A stretch of DNA of 64,000 bases from an uncultured Spirochaetota bacterium. Lineage in GTDB: Bacteria > Spirochaetota > Spirochaetia > SZUA-6 > Fen-1364. The translations under genes and the position numbers were made by a program. This document shows, piece by piece, positions 10,501-20,164 of this stretch (position 1 is the stretch's first letter; each line of letters opens with the position of its first letter). Below the pieces are notes generated by a model. It searched no databases, was not told the origin of the DNA, and was given only the letters and a program-made list of their open reading frames with translations. The stretch spans positions 1,152,001 to 1,216,000 of the forward strand of contig CAWGAA010000001.1 in assembly GCA_963820525.1 (NCBI GenBank), in the 5' to 3' direction.

Positions 10501-11305
10501 GGAGAGAAGGCAGAAGGGTGCGCGGGCGTATTTGAAGAAACCGATAGACGAGAAGGTGCTTTTGATCACGGTCGAGGAAAATATCAAAAAGTATTTCGAG
10601 TATCAGAGAATATCCCGGCTCGCGACGATAGACGAGCTCACGGGCTTGAACAACAGGAAAGCGGTCATTTCCGCCCTGAAGCACGAATTGGCGATACGGC
10701 GGTACAGGGATCTGTCGCTTCTCTTCTTCGACCTCGATGATTTCCGGCGGACCAATGAGGAACACGGCCACGCCGTCGGCGACAAGCTGCTTTCCGCGAT
10801 CGGCGCGACGATACGGGGCGCGATAAGGAACTACGATATCGGAGGAAGATACGGGGGGGACGAGTTTGTCGTGATATTGCCGGATACCGGCTTGAGACAG
10901 GCAGCGTACGTCGCGGAGGTTCTGCGGAAGAAGATCGCGAACACCGCAATCAAGCAGGCTGAAAGCGATGTCTCTCTCAGCGCGAGCTTCGGCGTTGCAT
11001 CGCTTCGAGACAACGCGAAGTATATTGCAAAGACTTTGAGGGTCGAAAGCATCCAGGGTATCTACGAGACCAATGGCTTCGCGGAAACTGATTGGGATAA
11101 AATAGAAGACTCGAAGATGCAGATTTCAGAACTACTGGTGAAAATGGCGGACGCGGCCCTCGCCAGAGCCAAGCACGCCGCGTGCGCGCAATGCGGCTTC
11201 ACCTCTGAAAAACCGGAGCCTTTTCAAAACGACAGATGCCCCGCATGCGGCAGTGACCGTCTGATGCGCGGCGGAAACAGGGTAGTCGCCTTCGAGACGG
11301 AGTGA
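7517..11305 (+). CDS. Cytoplasmic LacI-type sensor + HisKA/HATPase + REC + GGDEF diguanylate cyclase with Zn-ribbon insertion
   Basis: IDNKKGM..LAFMTG..CANDYMA..TGFDD..LTTVKQP..RESCGC; THDFRSPL; GTGIGL; ILCDYNMP; RNYD..GGDEF; CAQC..CPAC; start uncertain. Confidence 0.85.
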   Translation: MRSPIKPHRAAGLSEKIDPPIGNRRHTIGFLFGDFYGAYTANLFSTVMKACREYGQNIVGFGGGFLKSPGGAVLGENCNFIYDLAGRENIDGLIVEGSIGNFISKKEMDRFLQKYAGIPIVNIGTNIEGVNNILIDNKKGMRDLVTHMIEYHGHKKLAFMTGTDGNWDAIQRFEAYEEVLRCHDIAVDYNRIVNGNFSYFGGGQAFQTLWEERKADFDALLCANDYMAISAMNEMRKRGLKIPETAAITGFDDTEECWTTKPILTTVKQPFYDVGQESVKMLLALLEGRKVPAQVTLPAELVIRESCGCKAVDTLSHIMGNGLSKKRKARIAGNGRKGFIDELRKTMEDELPSLKNKIDLQRWLKDLVDCYCDVAAGKDGNRLFESFVAMLRRFIDSNEEIITIYRFISIFFGGLIRRFIPAEEREAALVLWNETDVLFGLLIKEDLSEKKATLKLESHVVFDINESFINTFDMEKLKEVILDNLPSFQFKSFFACLFDDPDRETSRILLSYDKNRSENVSEGPFPSKYLLPGKINRSKPFEYVVMALNFKDEYFGYILYDIQTLATFIYETLSVQISGAIKGARLTNELTEYATQLETKVKERTAKLEDANEKLKKLDELKNDFIANITHDFRSPLTAILNIADLALRFNENLDEESRESYSVIYKASLRLKSSIDKLLELAKMDAHGIKLKVRPVELAAFMNKMLDFYSSSVIGSEIRIVRKLPEKEIANFYTDAEKLQEIIDNIISNAIKFVNPTGGLITFELEEEKDVVLISVSDNGIGINKKKLETIFNRFEQAHDGRNSPYRGTGIGLAFSKQLVGYLKGRIWAESEGEGKGAKFTVELEKGKHIFDEKDFSDEEMGQGKREEAKALIETDIGMKLSEEKVVTYFTDPKKENETDYKKGIILIIDDDRNVREIVLKYLKSNGYMNFIAASDGKLGLEAVFAHSPDIILCDYNMPNMKGDEFHNELADNPKYKEIPFVFLSAIADENLIMERRQKGARAYLKKPIDEKVLLITVEENIKKYFEYQRISRLATIDELTGLNNRKAVISALKHELAIRRYRDLSLLFFDLDDFRRTNEEHGHAVGDKLLSAIGATIRGAIRNYDIGGRYGGDEFVVILPDTGLRQAAYVAEVLRKKIANTAIKQAESDVSLSASFGVASLRDNAKYIAKTLRVESIQGIYETNGFAETDWDKIEDSKMQISELLVKMADAALARAKHAACAQCGFTSEKPEPFQNDRCPACGSDRLMRGGNRVVAFETE

Positions 11306-11986
11306 TCAGGTTTTCCCATCCGCCGCATGCTTGTGCGTCACGTATCTGATCGGGAAATACATGAGGTTCAAGAGCGTTCCCATGAGAAGCGTAAAAGCGA
11401 ATATCCTGAGGTTGTTCCCCGGATCCGCGAAACGATCGTATATGTCACTCATCAATCTGGCCGGATTCCCCAGGAGATCCCAGCTGTTCCATCGCAGGAA
11501 CCTGCCGATATAGATGCCGAAAGCCGCCAGGAAGATCATGCCTGCCGAAAGGACGGCCACGATCTTCGCGCCCGCGCGGAATCTTTCCTTGAGGAAATAT
11601 TCGATGTCCATGAGGCTGATGAAGCCGTAGCAGAGACCCGCCCAGGCAAACGAAAGCACGATGATCAGATCAAGCCATATCGGCGCGTCTTCGATCTGCC
11701 GCAGGTGAATGAGATCGGTCAAGATGTAGAGGGAATTGGGAAAAAAGATGAGCCAAACGGCCATGATCAAGAGGAGGGCGATCCGGTTTTTCATCTTTCT
11801 GAGAATCGCAATGCTCGTGAGCAGCCAGGGCAGAAAAGCAAGAATGAGATTCCAGTTGAGAAAGAGGTATCCAAAAGTTGCCGTGAGGAAGACCCTGAAC
11901 ACGGAAAGCATGACGCAGAAAGCCGAGTCGACGACAAGGAATGCAGTCAGTCTCAACCGGCCGCTTTCTCTCAATCCATCTAGCAT
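11306..11986 (-). CDS. DUF1361 family membrane protein
   Basis: FLNWNLILAFLP, WLIFFPNSLYILTDLIHL, GIYIGRFLRWNSWD. Confidence 0.85.
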   Translation of the reverse strand: MLDGLRESGRLRLTAFLVVDSAFCVMLSVFRVFLTATFGYLFLNWNLILAFLPWLLTSIAILRKMKNRIALLLIMAVWLIFFPNSLYILTDLIHLRQIEDAPIWLDLIIVLSFAWAGLCYGFISLMDIEYFLKERFRAGAKIVAVLSAGMIFLAAFGIYIGRFLRWNSWDLLGNPARLMSDIYDRFADPGNNLRIFAFTLLMGTLLNLMYFPIRYVTHKHAADGKT

Positions 11987-12000
11987 GAGACACTCCCACG

Positions 12001-12570
12001 TCAGGTGTCGCGCGCGAGGGTCCGGCGTGCTGCTTCCACGATTTTTCTCACGCGCCGCGCCGCGGAACGCGCCACTGCCCGGAATATCGAGCGGGCCAGG
12101 AGCCAGCTCAGGGCGAAGAAGCCGATGGGAACGAGCGTCATGAACAGCGGGGAACCCAGCACGCCGAGCCCGACGCCCAGTCCCACTCCAAGGCCGGCGC
12201 CGAGCCCAAGGCCGCCGAGCAGCCCTCCGAAGAGCCCCGCGGCCGCGCCCCGGACGCGCATCTTGGCCCGAATCCTCACCCTTCCCCTTTCGGCGGGCTT
12301 CACGGAGACACGAAGCATTCCCAGGGCCGAGCGCCACTGGAGGGCGTTCGCCGCCACCTCCCCTCCCCCATTGAACTCCGCCGCGTCGGCAATCACGGGA
12401 AGGAGATCCGCCAACGACGTGCCGGCGCCCGGCGCCGGGGCCTCGGTCTCTTCCGATTGAACGGGCAATGCGCCCGCGAGCCCCTCCGGGCCGCCACGAT
12501 GCTGGATCTCGAGCGCCCGCTTGATGATGGCCGCGGTCTCCTTCTCTGAAAAAAGCGAATTGTCGGACAT
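12001..12570 (-). CDS. Hypothetical membrane protein
   Basis: FSEKETAAIIKRALEIQ N-terminus and Gly-rich TM hairpin; upstream TTGACA-17-CAAAAT. Confidence 0.6.
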   Translation of the reverse strand: MSDNSLFSEKETAAIIKRALEIQHRGGPEGLAGALPVQSEETEAPAPGAGTSLADLLPVIADAAEFNGGGEVAANALQWRSALGMLRVSVKPAERGRVRIRAKMRVRGAAAGLFGGLLGGLGLGAGLGVGLGVGLGVLGSPLFMTLVPIGFFALSWLLARSIFRAVARSAARRVRKIVEAARRTLARDT

Positions 12571-12689
12571 TTCATGATAATTTTGCCTAGGCACAGTTCC
12601 GCTGTCAAGCGATTGCTCTGGTTGAGTTCTGCCCGGTTTTGCCATACAATCACGAATCGCGCGCAACCCATGAGGCAGGGGAAAAGCTG

Positions 12690-15600
12690 ATGAATGATCG
12701 GGAAGTGTCGCATCCGGCCGGCCGGTTTCGGGCAATATCCGCGGGAGCCGGCGTCTGCGTATTCGGCATCGGCTGCCTTGTGCTGTCGGGCTGGGTATTC
12801 GATATCGAAATCTTGAAAAGCCTGATTCCCGGCATGATAACGATGAAGGTGAATACCGCCGCTGCGTTCGTGCTGGCCGGCATCTCTCTATGGCTCCTTC
12901 GGGGGAAGCTCTCACGCCTTCGTGCCGGCCATTGGGTCGCGTGGGGGTGCGCCTTTGTAGTCGCCGCGGTCGGAGTGCTTTCGCTTGCGGAGTACGCGTT
13001 CGGCTCGAGCCTGGGTATCGACCAATTGCTGCTGCCGGAGCCCTCAGGGACGGCGAAGACGATCTATCCCGGCAGAATGGCGCCCAATACCGCGTTCAAC
13101 TTCCTGCTGATGGGCCTTTCGCTTCTGCTCCTGGAGGCGCGCGCCCGACGCGGCCGCCGTACGGCCGGGTATCTGATCGGCCTCGGCGGGATGGTCGCCT
13201 TTGCGGGGCTCGTGGGCTACATCTGCGGCGCCTCCGGGCTCTACGCGCTGAGCGCCGCGGCCAATGCCATGTCCCTTCCGGCGGCCCTCGCGGGTGTGTG
13301 CGCGTTCGCCGGGCTCTGGCTCGCCCTTCCGGAACATGGCCTTTTGGAGCTCATGGTCGGCAGGCGCGCCGGCGACGCCATGGTTCGAAGGCTCGTGCTT
13401 CCCCTCATTCTGGTCCCGATTCTCCTGGACGTGCTCCTGGAGGCGGGCCGCCGCACGGGCGTTCTTGCCGAGGGCATGGTCCCCGGCGTCCACCTCGTGC
13501 TTCAAACCGCGATCTTTCTTCTGCTCCTCCGGATAGCCGCCGTGTCCTTGAACCGGTCGGACTCCCGACGTCTCAAAGCCGAGGAGCACATCAGCGCCCA
13601 GCGGGAATGGCAGCGCGTGACGCTGGGAAGCATCGGTGACGGCGTGATCGCCACGGGGATCGACGGGCGGATCACATTCATGAATCCCGTCGCTGCGTCG
13701 CTCACGGGATGGCCAGCGGACGAAGCCCTCGGAAAGCCTTTTGCTCAGGTATTCAGGATTGTCAATGAGCAGACCCGCCAGGCGGGAGACGACATCGTGT
13801 CTCGAGTCCTTCAGGAGAGGCGCGTTGTAGCCATAGCCAACGCCACCTCGCTTACCGCGCGGGACGGACGGGAGATCCCCATCGAGGACAGCGCCGCTCC
13901 CATCACTGACGATTCGGGTGAAGTCACGGGCGCGGTGCTCGTGTTCCATGATGTTGCGGAGAGACGGCGCGCCCAGGAGGCCTTGCGCAAGAACGAAGCG
14001 GCCCTTCGAGGAATCCTCGATGCGACGCAGGAATCCATCTGGGTGTTCGCGGCGGACGGCACGGTGCTCATGGCCAATTCGATAGCCATGAAACGCATCG
14101 GAAAGACGCCGCGAGAGATCATCGGTGCGCCCATGAACCGGCTGGTGTCCGAGGAGCTGGCCGAAGCCCGCATGGTACGCCTGAGTCAGGTGGTGAGCTC
14201 CGGGCAGCCCGTGGATTTCGAAGACAAGCGGAGCGGCATGACGTTCCACCACAGCTTCTATCCTGTCTTCAATGACCAGGGCCGCGTCGACAGCGTCGTG
14301 AGCTTCAGCCGGGACATCACGGGCCAGAAACAGGCGGAGGAAGCGCTCCGCCAGGCGCGCGACCAGCTGGAATTGCGCGTCATGGAACGGACCAACGAGC
14401 TTCGCGCCGAAATAGCGGAGCGCAAGAGGATCGAGCTCGCGGTGCAGACCGAGCGCAAGCGGATGTACGACGTGATGGAAACCCTGCCGGTCTACGTCAT
14501 ATTGCTCTCCGAGGATTACCGTGTGCCGTACGCCAACCGGTTCTTCCGGGAGCGGTTCGGAGATTCAGGCGGAAAGCGCTGCTACGAATACCTGTTCGGC
14601 CGAGACGCGCCCTGTGAAAACTGCCATACCTACAAGGTCCTCGAGACGAACGCTCCCCTGGAGTGGGAGTGGACAGGCCCTGACAGCCGCAACTACTCCA
14701 TCCACGACTTCCCGTTCATCGACACGGACGGCTCCCGCCTCATTCTCGAGGTGGGCATAGACGTTACGGAAGAGAAGCGGCTGCGCGCGGGGCTTGAGAG
14801 ACAGACCGGGCAGCTTCGAATGCTTGCAAGCGAGCTCACCCTGGCCGAGCAGCGCGAGCGGCGGCGGCTGGCGCAGGTCCTGCACGACCACCTGCAGCAG
14901 CTGCTCGTGGGGGCGAAGATGAGGATGTCCATCATGCGCCGCGACGCAAGCGGGGGAAAGGGCAAGGTAGCCGACGAGATCGAGCAGCTCATCGGGCAGT
15001 CGATCGACGCGGCGCGCACGCTCACGGCCGAGCTCAGCCCGCCGATACTGCACGATGGCGGGCTCGGGCCCGGGCTGAAATGGCTGGGGCGATGGATGAA
15101 GGAGAAGTACAACCTCGACGTCACGTTCGCGATCGCCGAGGACGTGCCCGCCTTGCCCGAGGATATCACGGCGTTTCTCTTCCAGTCCGTGAAGGAGCTT
15201 CTCTTCAATACGGCAAAGCACGCGAAGATTCTGAGCGCGAGGGTCAATGTAGCGGCTTCCCAAGACCACATTCGGATCGTCGTTTCGGACGATGGGGCGG
15301 GATTCGATCAGTCGCAGCTCACCCTCCACGGAGGGCAGGCGGGAGGGTTCGGCCTGTTCGGCATCAGCGAGCGGCTGGGAATAATGGGCGGCAGCATGAA
15401 CATCGAGACGGCTCCCGGCGGCGGGACGAGCATCACCCTGATCTCTCCCCTGTCGAAAGCGGCGTCGAGACCCGAGCCCGCTGTCCACGAAAAGGTGGAA
15501 GTTCACGCGTCGAGCCATCCGGCGCGCGTCGTCGAGGAGAAAAGGGGGGCCGAAGGGAAAATACGGGTGCTGCTGGTGGACGATCACCTGATCCTGCGGC

Positions 15601-15935
15601 AGGGGCTGAGCAGGCTCCTGAAAAGCGAAGCGGATCTGGAGATCGTCGGAGAGGCGGCTGATGGAGAGACGTCGATCGAGATGGTGCGCCTGCTCACGCC
15701 CGATGTGGTCCTGATGGACATCAACATGGCCGGCATGAACGGGGTGGAGGCGACGCGGCTCATCCTCGCGGAGTTCCCGAAGACAATCGTCATAGGCCTT
15801 TCAATGTTCGAGGAGCAGGAGCGGGCGGCTGAAATGCGGGCGGCCGGAGCCTCAGATTACGTCACGAAGAGCGGCAAGCCGGAATCTCTTATCGCGGCCA
15901 TCCGCACCTGTTGGAAGAAACGCTTGAGTGGGTAG
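12690..15935 (+). CDS. Membrane hybrid histidine kinase: TM region, 3 PAS, HisKA_3, HATPase, NarL-type REC
   Basis: About 8 TM; PAS SIGDGVIAT; ERRRLAQVLHDHLQQLL; DDGAGF/GFGL; LLVDDH..VLMDINM..YVTK. Confidence 0.88.
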   Translation: MNDREVSHPAGRFRAISAGAGVCVFGIGCLVLSGWVFDIEILKSLIPGMITMKVNTAAAFVLAGISLWLLRGKLSRLRAGHWVAWGCAFVVAAVGVLSLAEYAFGSSLGIDQLLLPEPSGTAKTIYPGRMAPNTAFNFLLMGLSLLLLEARARRGRRTAGYLIGLGGMVAFAGLVGYICGASGLYALSAAANAMSLPAALAGVCAFAGLWLALPEHGLLELMVGRRAGDAMVRRLVLPLILVPILLDVLLEAGRRTGVLAEGMVPGVHLVLQTAIFLLLLRIAAVSLNRSDSRRLKAEEHISAQREWQRVTLGSIGDGVIATGIDGRITFMNPVAASLTGWPADEALGKPFAQVFRIVNEQTRQAGDDIVSRVLQERRVVAIANATSLTARDGREIPIEDSAAPITDDSGEVTGAVLVFHDVAERRRAQEALRKNEAALRGILDATQESIWVFAADGTVLMANSIAMKRIGKTPREIIGAPMNRLVSEELAEARMVRLSQVVSSGQPVDFEDKRSGMTFHHSFYPVFNDQGRVDSVVSFSRDITGQKQAEEALRQARDQLELRVMERTNELRAEIAERKRIELAVQTERKRMYDVMETLPVYVILLSEDYRVPYANRFFRERFGDSGGKRCYEYLFGRDAPCENCHTYKVLETNAPLEWEWTGPDSRNYSIHDFPFIDTDGSRLILEVGIDVTEEKRLRAGLERQTGQLRMLASELTLAEQRERRRLAQVLHDHLQQLLVGAKMRMSIMRRDASGGKGKVADEIEQLIGQSIDAARTLTAELSPPILHDGGLGPGLKWLGRWMKEKYNLDVTFAIAEDVPALPEDITAFLFQSVKELLFNTAKHAKILSARVNVAASQDHIRIVVSDDGAGFDQSQLTLHGGQAGGFGLFGISERLGIMGGSMNIETAPGGGTSITLISPLSKAASRPEPAVHEKVEVHASSHPARVVEEKRGAEGKIRVLLVDDHLILRQGLSRLLKSEADLEIVGEAADGETSIEMVRLLTPDVVLMDINMAGMNGVEATRLILAEFPKTIVIGLSMFEEQERAAEMRAAGASDYVTKSGKPESLIAAIRTCWKKRLSG

Positions 15936-16004
15936 ATATTCCCTGATTGCGGTGTTCAGGTTTATTATCCCTTCAAACAGCATTGAGCTAAAAAGGAGGA
16001 GAAG

Positions 16005-16640
16005 ATGTCCGACAAGCCGTCCCGAGTTTCCTTTCCGGTAACCCTCTCGATTGACTATCCCGATCGCAAACTGAACAGGCTCACATCCTTCTTTCGTCCC
16101 TTCGTGGCGATCCCGATCGCAATCATCCTCGTTCTCATCAGCGGTCCCATCGGAAGTTGGAAGGATCACGTCGTGCAGACCGTCTATGGCGCAGGCGGCA
16201 TCCTGTTCGTTCCCACCGTGCTGATGCTCCTGTTCCGCTGGAAATACCCCCGCTGGTGGTTCGACTGGAACGTGAACCTCACACGGTTCGGGCTGCGGGT
16301 GGGCTCTTACTTCCTGCTCCTCACGGATACCTATCCATCCACCGATGATGAGCAATCCGTGCACGCCAGCTTCCCCTACCCCGACCCCGCGAAGGACCTC
16401 AAGGTCGGGCTGCCGCTGGTGAAGTGGTTCCTGGCCATTCCCCATTACTTCGTCCTTTTCTTCCTCGCGATCGCGGCGTTCGTGGTCGTCTTTATCGCGT
16501 GGTTCGCGATTCTCTTCACGGGCAGGTATCCGAAATCCCTGTTCACGTTCGTCGTGGGGGTGATGCGCTGGGGCATGAGGGTAAGCGCGTACGCTTTCCT
16601 CCTCGTGACCGACGTCTACCCGCCTTTCTCTCTGGGCTGA
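16005..16640 (+). CDS. DUF4389 domain membrane protein
   Basis: Duplicated ILFTGRYP...RV.AY..LLTD.YP motif; AGGAGG RBS. Confidence 0.85.
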   Translation: MSDKPSRVSFPVTLSIDYPDRKLNRLTSFFRPFVAIPIAIILVLISGPIGSWKDHVVQTVYGAGGILFVPTVLMLLFRWKYPRWWFDWNVNLTRFGLRVGSYFLLLTDTYPSTDDEQSVHASFPYPDPAKDLKVGLPLVKWFLAIPHYFVLFFLAIAAFVVVFIAWFAILFTGRYPKSLFTFVVGVMRWGMRVSAYAFLLVTDVYPPFSLG

Positions 16641-16649
16641 CGGCACGAC

Positions 16650-19268
16650 CTATCTGGTCAGCCGCAGGTAGAGCTGGGAAAGCTTTTCCGGGAGCCTGGC
16701 GACATCGGAGAGGATCGCGTGATGGTAGTCGCCATAGAGGTAGGAAACGTATTTCTTCGCGTACCTGTCTATGGTCAGGCAGTACGGGATGATGCCCTGC
16801 CTCCGGCACTCCAGGATGGCCCTCCGCGTGTCTTCGATAGCGTAGCGTGACGTCTCGGAGCTTGAGGCCGAGCCGTAGCCCGGGTCTGCCGGTATTCCAT
16901 CGCTCAGGAGGATGAGGAGCTTCGTCCTGGCCTGATGCTTCTGCAGTCTCATCGTCATGTGGCGGATGGCGCACCCGTCCCTGTTGCTCGCCTGGGGCTT
17001 GACGGAGGCGATCCTTCCCTGGGTTTTTGCTCCCCAGGCCTCGCCATAGTCCTTGATGACGTTCACGAAAACCCTCTGCCTTCCCATGCTGTAAAAGGAG
17101 AAGATCCCAAAGGGATCTCCGATCAGATCGAGAGCGGAGGCGAGCAGGGACAGGGCCGCCTTTTCCACATCGATGACGCGCCATCTCCCGACGCTCGTAT
17201 CCGTCGATGAGCTTGCATCCACGAGAATGCAGACCATGACGTCCCGATTGCTCCTGATCTTCCTGAAATAGATCTTCTCGTCCAGCGTTTCGCCGCGGAG
17301 GAGGGAGATCGTATAGTCGAGGGCGTCGGACAGGTCGATCTCCTCACCCGTCAACCATCTCCTGGACATCTCCAGCTCTTCGGGCTTCAAGTGAAGAAAG
17401 CGTTTCTTGATGCGTTTGTGCACGAGTGAATATTCACGGACCACCTCCCCGTAGTACTCGCTGTCGGTGGATGAGAGGGCGCTCTCGAAAAGCGAGCAAT
17501 GGTTTTTCTCGTACGCGTTCGTGAGGCAGTTGAACTCAGGATACCTGTACACCTTCATGTCGCCGGCGGATATCGCCTGGCGGAGATCCTCAAGCTTTCT
17601 CTCCGCTTGCCTCAGAGAGCCGAGGTCGATCGCTTGCTCTTCATCCGCCTCCGTTTCGCCGGCGATCCCGGCTTCGGATTCCTCCTTGAGAAGCTCCGGC
17701 GTCGCGTCCCGGACGATCTCGGGGAAGAACTCGGGCTTCAAAGATCCCGGGAATCGGTCCCGGATATCGTTTCTGGAGCAGTAGGAGACGATGGGAAAAT
17801 TATCGTAGAAAATGTTGTAGATGACGAAGAGGATCTGCGCCGTGTTCTGGACCGTGTTCTGCGGTCTATAGATTCGAATGAACTCGGAGAGAATGGAAGA
17901 GATGATGGGGGGCACGGCCGGGTCCTGGATATCTGCCTTGTATTTGCCTATCAGGGAAAACTGGATCAGGCATTCAAGCACGGCAAGGAGCTTCTCTTCC
18001 TTCTCGGCTCCGACGTTGAGCATCATCCGGGGCCGCTTGTGCCAGAGGTAGGAATTGAGGAGCGCGAAATCTTCTTTCAAACCGGGGTAGAGGGCCGAGA
18101 GCCGGAACTCGATCCGTGCATTCTCGATCAGCGTGAACAGCTCCTTCGCGAAGTCCGGCGTCGGGAAGCTGTAGAAAAGCCTTTCGTGCTCCGTGTTCAG
18201 AACGAGGAGCCTTTTGTCGCTCGCGAACTGGACTTCCAGCTCGCCGTCCGCCCTCTCGCGCACCGCCTGCGCCGTGGTCCCGTACTGCCTGCGGACGTTG
18301 TCGGCTATCTTGGGAAGGAGCAGCGCGTAGCGGTCGCGAAGCTCGTCTATGAACTCGACTGACTTGAGGTCGAGAGTGAAGGATCCAAAGGGAACGGAGG
18401 CGGCCTGCTCGGCGGCCAGGGCCGTATAGACCCTCTCGTTGTAGAGGGGCTGAGTGAAGAAATCGATCTCGGGAGGCAGGAATATCGAGGTTCCGTCGGT
18501 GTAGGGGCATTTCAAGCCGAAGAGGGAGGTGTCCTGGCTCGAGATGACCATGTCATATCCGCACAGGCTGGCGCAGTATATCTTGATCACGGACTTCAGG
18601 TCATCGAGAACCAGGCTGGTGATTCCGAGCATGCTTCGGCTTTCCCGGGAGTGAACCAGGAGGAATTGGGCCCCCTCATCAGTTCTATTGCTCGTGAAGA
18701 GGTCCGTAGCCCTGGAAAGCCACAGCGCGAGCTTCTCCCAGGGGAGGGATGTGAGCTTTGCGGAGAAGCGCGTAATGCCCTCGATCAGGGTGCCCGGCGA
18801 ATACTGCGCGACGATCCCCCACTGGGCAAGCAGGAATGAGCATCTCTCTCCGTCGCCCGACTCCAGGATTGCCGCCAGCGCTTTCTCGCTCTTCTTCACC
18901 TTCCCGCCGCAGCTTCCGGCAAAGAAGGCGAGCCCTTTCTGGATCCTTTCAAGGGGAAAGCCAAGCAGGGGATACCTCTGGAGAAAGGCATGCGCAGATC
19001 CTTGATCGAGAATGGTCAGGTTGAAGAGAAGGTCTGAAAAAAGCCCCAGCTCGCCCCTCTCGAGGAGGATGGGCACGAGCGCCTCCGCGCTGATATAGAG
19101 GTGCTCCGAAGCGTAGGTGAGCTTCCGTAAGGAATCGATGTTCTCGGGGCTTACGGCGGCGAGCCGGGACAGGCATTCCAGGGACGTATGGAAGAAGCCG
19201 ACCAGGTGTGGTTTCTTCCTCCGGATCTCGTCGAAGGCGCGGGCGTAGTATTCGCTGTCGCTCATCAC
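16650..19268 (-). CDS. CbbO/NorD-family VWA adaptor protein
   Basis: YTDGTSIFLP, YPEFN, MIDAS DASSST, NRDGCAIRH, LLSDGIPAD; start overlaps the cbbQ-like stop. Confidence 0.85.
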   Translation of the reverse strand: MMSDSEYYARAFDEIRRKKPHLVGFFHTSLECLSRLAAVSPENIDSLRKLTYASEHLYISAEALVPILLERGELGLFSDLLFNLTILDQGSAHAFLQRYPLLGFPLERIQKGLAFFAGSCGGKVKKSEKALAAILESGDGERCSFLLAQWGIVAQYSPGTLIEGITRFSAKLTSLPWEKLALWLSRATDLFTSNRTDEGAQFLLVHSRESRSMLGITSLVLDDLKSVIKIYCASLCGYDMVISSQDTSLFGLKCPYTDGTSIFLPPEIDFFTQPLYNERVYTALAAEQAASVPFGSFTLDLKSVEFIDELRDRYALLLPKIADNVRRQYGTTAQAVRERADGELEVQFASDKRLLVLNTEHERLFYSFPTPDFAKELFTLIENARIEFRLSALYPGLKEDFALLNSYLWHKRPRMMLNVGAEKEEKLLAVLECLIQFSLIGKYKADIQDPAVPPIISSILSEFIRIYRPQNTVQNTAQILFVIYNIFYDNFPIVSYCSRNDIRDRFPGSLKPEFFPEIVRDATPELLKEESEAGIAGETEADEEQAIDLGSLRQAERKLEDLRQAISAGDMKVYRYPEFNCLTNAYEKNHCSLFESALSSTDSEYYGEVVREYSLVHKRIKKRFLHLKPEELEMSRRWLTGEEIDLSDALDYTISLLRGETLDEKIYFRKIRSNRDVMVCILVDASSSTDTSVGRWRVIDVEKAALSLLASALDLIGDPFGIFSFYSMGRQRVFVNVIKDYGEAWGAKTQGRIASVKPQASNRDGCAIRHMTMRLQKHQARTKLLILLSDGIPADPGYGSASSSETSRYAIEDTRRAILECRRQGIIPYCLTIDRYAKKYVSYLYGDYHHAILSDVARLPEKLSQLYLRLTR

Positions 19269-20158
19269 CTGAATATCTTGTCGATGATGATCTCGATCGC
19301 CGCGATCTCGTCCTTTTCGTCCGTGATGGCCTGGGCGATCGCGATCGAGCAGGCCCGCTTCGGCTGGATGCCCTTGGTGATCAGCTTGGCCGCATAGATG
19401 AGGCTTCTCGTGCTCACCCCTTCCTCCAGGTCGATGGTGGAAATGCCCCGGATGTCGTTTCCCAGGAGAACAAGCTTTTCCGCGATCGGCCGTTCCACTT
19501 TGCTTTCCGTGGCGATGATCAGGATCTCCTTGTCGGGCGGAGGGTACGAGAAGTCGATCGCTATGAAGCGCTGCTTGGTAGACTGCTTGAGGTTCTTCCG
19601 GACGCTCTGGTAGCCGGGGTTGTAGGACAACACGACCATGAAGGTGTCCGGTGCCTTGATCTGGGTCCCGAGTATCTCGATGGGGAGGAGGCGCCTGTAA
19701 TCCGTGAGGGGATGGATCACCACGGTCACGTCCTTTCTCGCCTCCACCACCTCGTCCAGGTAGAGAATGGCGCCTTCCCTCACCGCCATCGTCGCCGGCC
19801 CGTCTATCCAGACCGTTTCTCCGCCTTTCATGATATAGCGGCCCGTCAGGTCGCGGGCGGTCAGGTCCTCATGACAGGCCACCGTGTACAGGGCGCCGAC
19901 GCCGTTTCCGAAATCCTTCTTCTCTGCAACAACCCGGTCCCCCGCTTTCTTGAGATGCACCAGCTTCTGCCCGAGCTGGTATGCCATGTACTCCACGAAA
20001 CGGGTCTTGCCGCAGCCGGTGGGGCCTTTGAGGAGGACGGGTATCTGATCGCTCCAGGCCCGTTCGAAAATATCGACTTCATCCTTAATGGGGATATAAA
20101 AAGGCTTTTCCCGTATCCTGTAGACCGATTTTTCATCGGTGTGCGAGATGTCGCTCAT
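19265..20158 (-). CDS. CbbQ/NirQ/NorQ-family MoxR AAA+ ATPase
   Basis: LLKGPTGCGKTRFVEYMA, CHEDLTA.DL.GRY, YLDEVVEARKD, SYNPGYQ, LKQSTKQRF. Confidence 0.92.
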   Translation of the reverse strand: MSDISHTDEKSVYRIREKPFYIPIKDEVDIFERAWSDQIPVLLKGPTGCGKTRFVEYMAYQLGQKLVHLKKAGDRVVAEKKDFGNGVGALYTVACHEDLTARDLTGRYIMKGGETVWIDGPATMAVREGAILYLDEVVEARKDVTVVIHPLTDYRRLLPIEILGTQIKAPDTFMVVLSYNPGYQSVRKNLKQSTKQRFIAIDFSYPPPDKEILIIATESKVERPIAEKLVLLGNDIRGISTIDLEEGVSTRSLIYAAKLITKGIQPKRACSIAIAQAITDEKDEIAAIEIIIDKIFR

Positions 20159-20164
20159 TCCCGC

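Noticed and set aside
9095..10771. 558-aa minus-strand ORF and similar long antisense ORFs (51436-53100, 59854-61647, 58066-59511, 39764-41140, 46600-47955)
   Set aside because: They lie opposite well-supported genes and have no motifs; such shadows are expected from high-GC codon bias
12150..12240. Low-complexity repeats
   Set aside because: They encode the GLGAGLGVGLG transmembrane segment; not a DNA repeat element
16650..20158. Evidence for carbon fixation or denitrification
   Set aside because: A CbbQ/CbbO-like pair alone is insufficient; no catalytic genes are in the window
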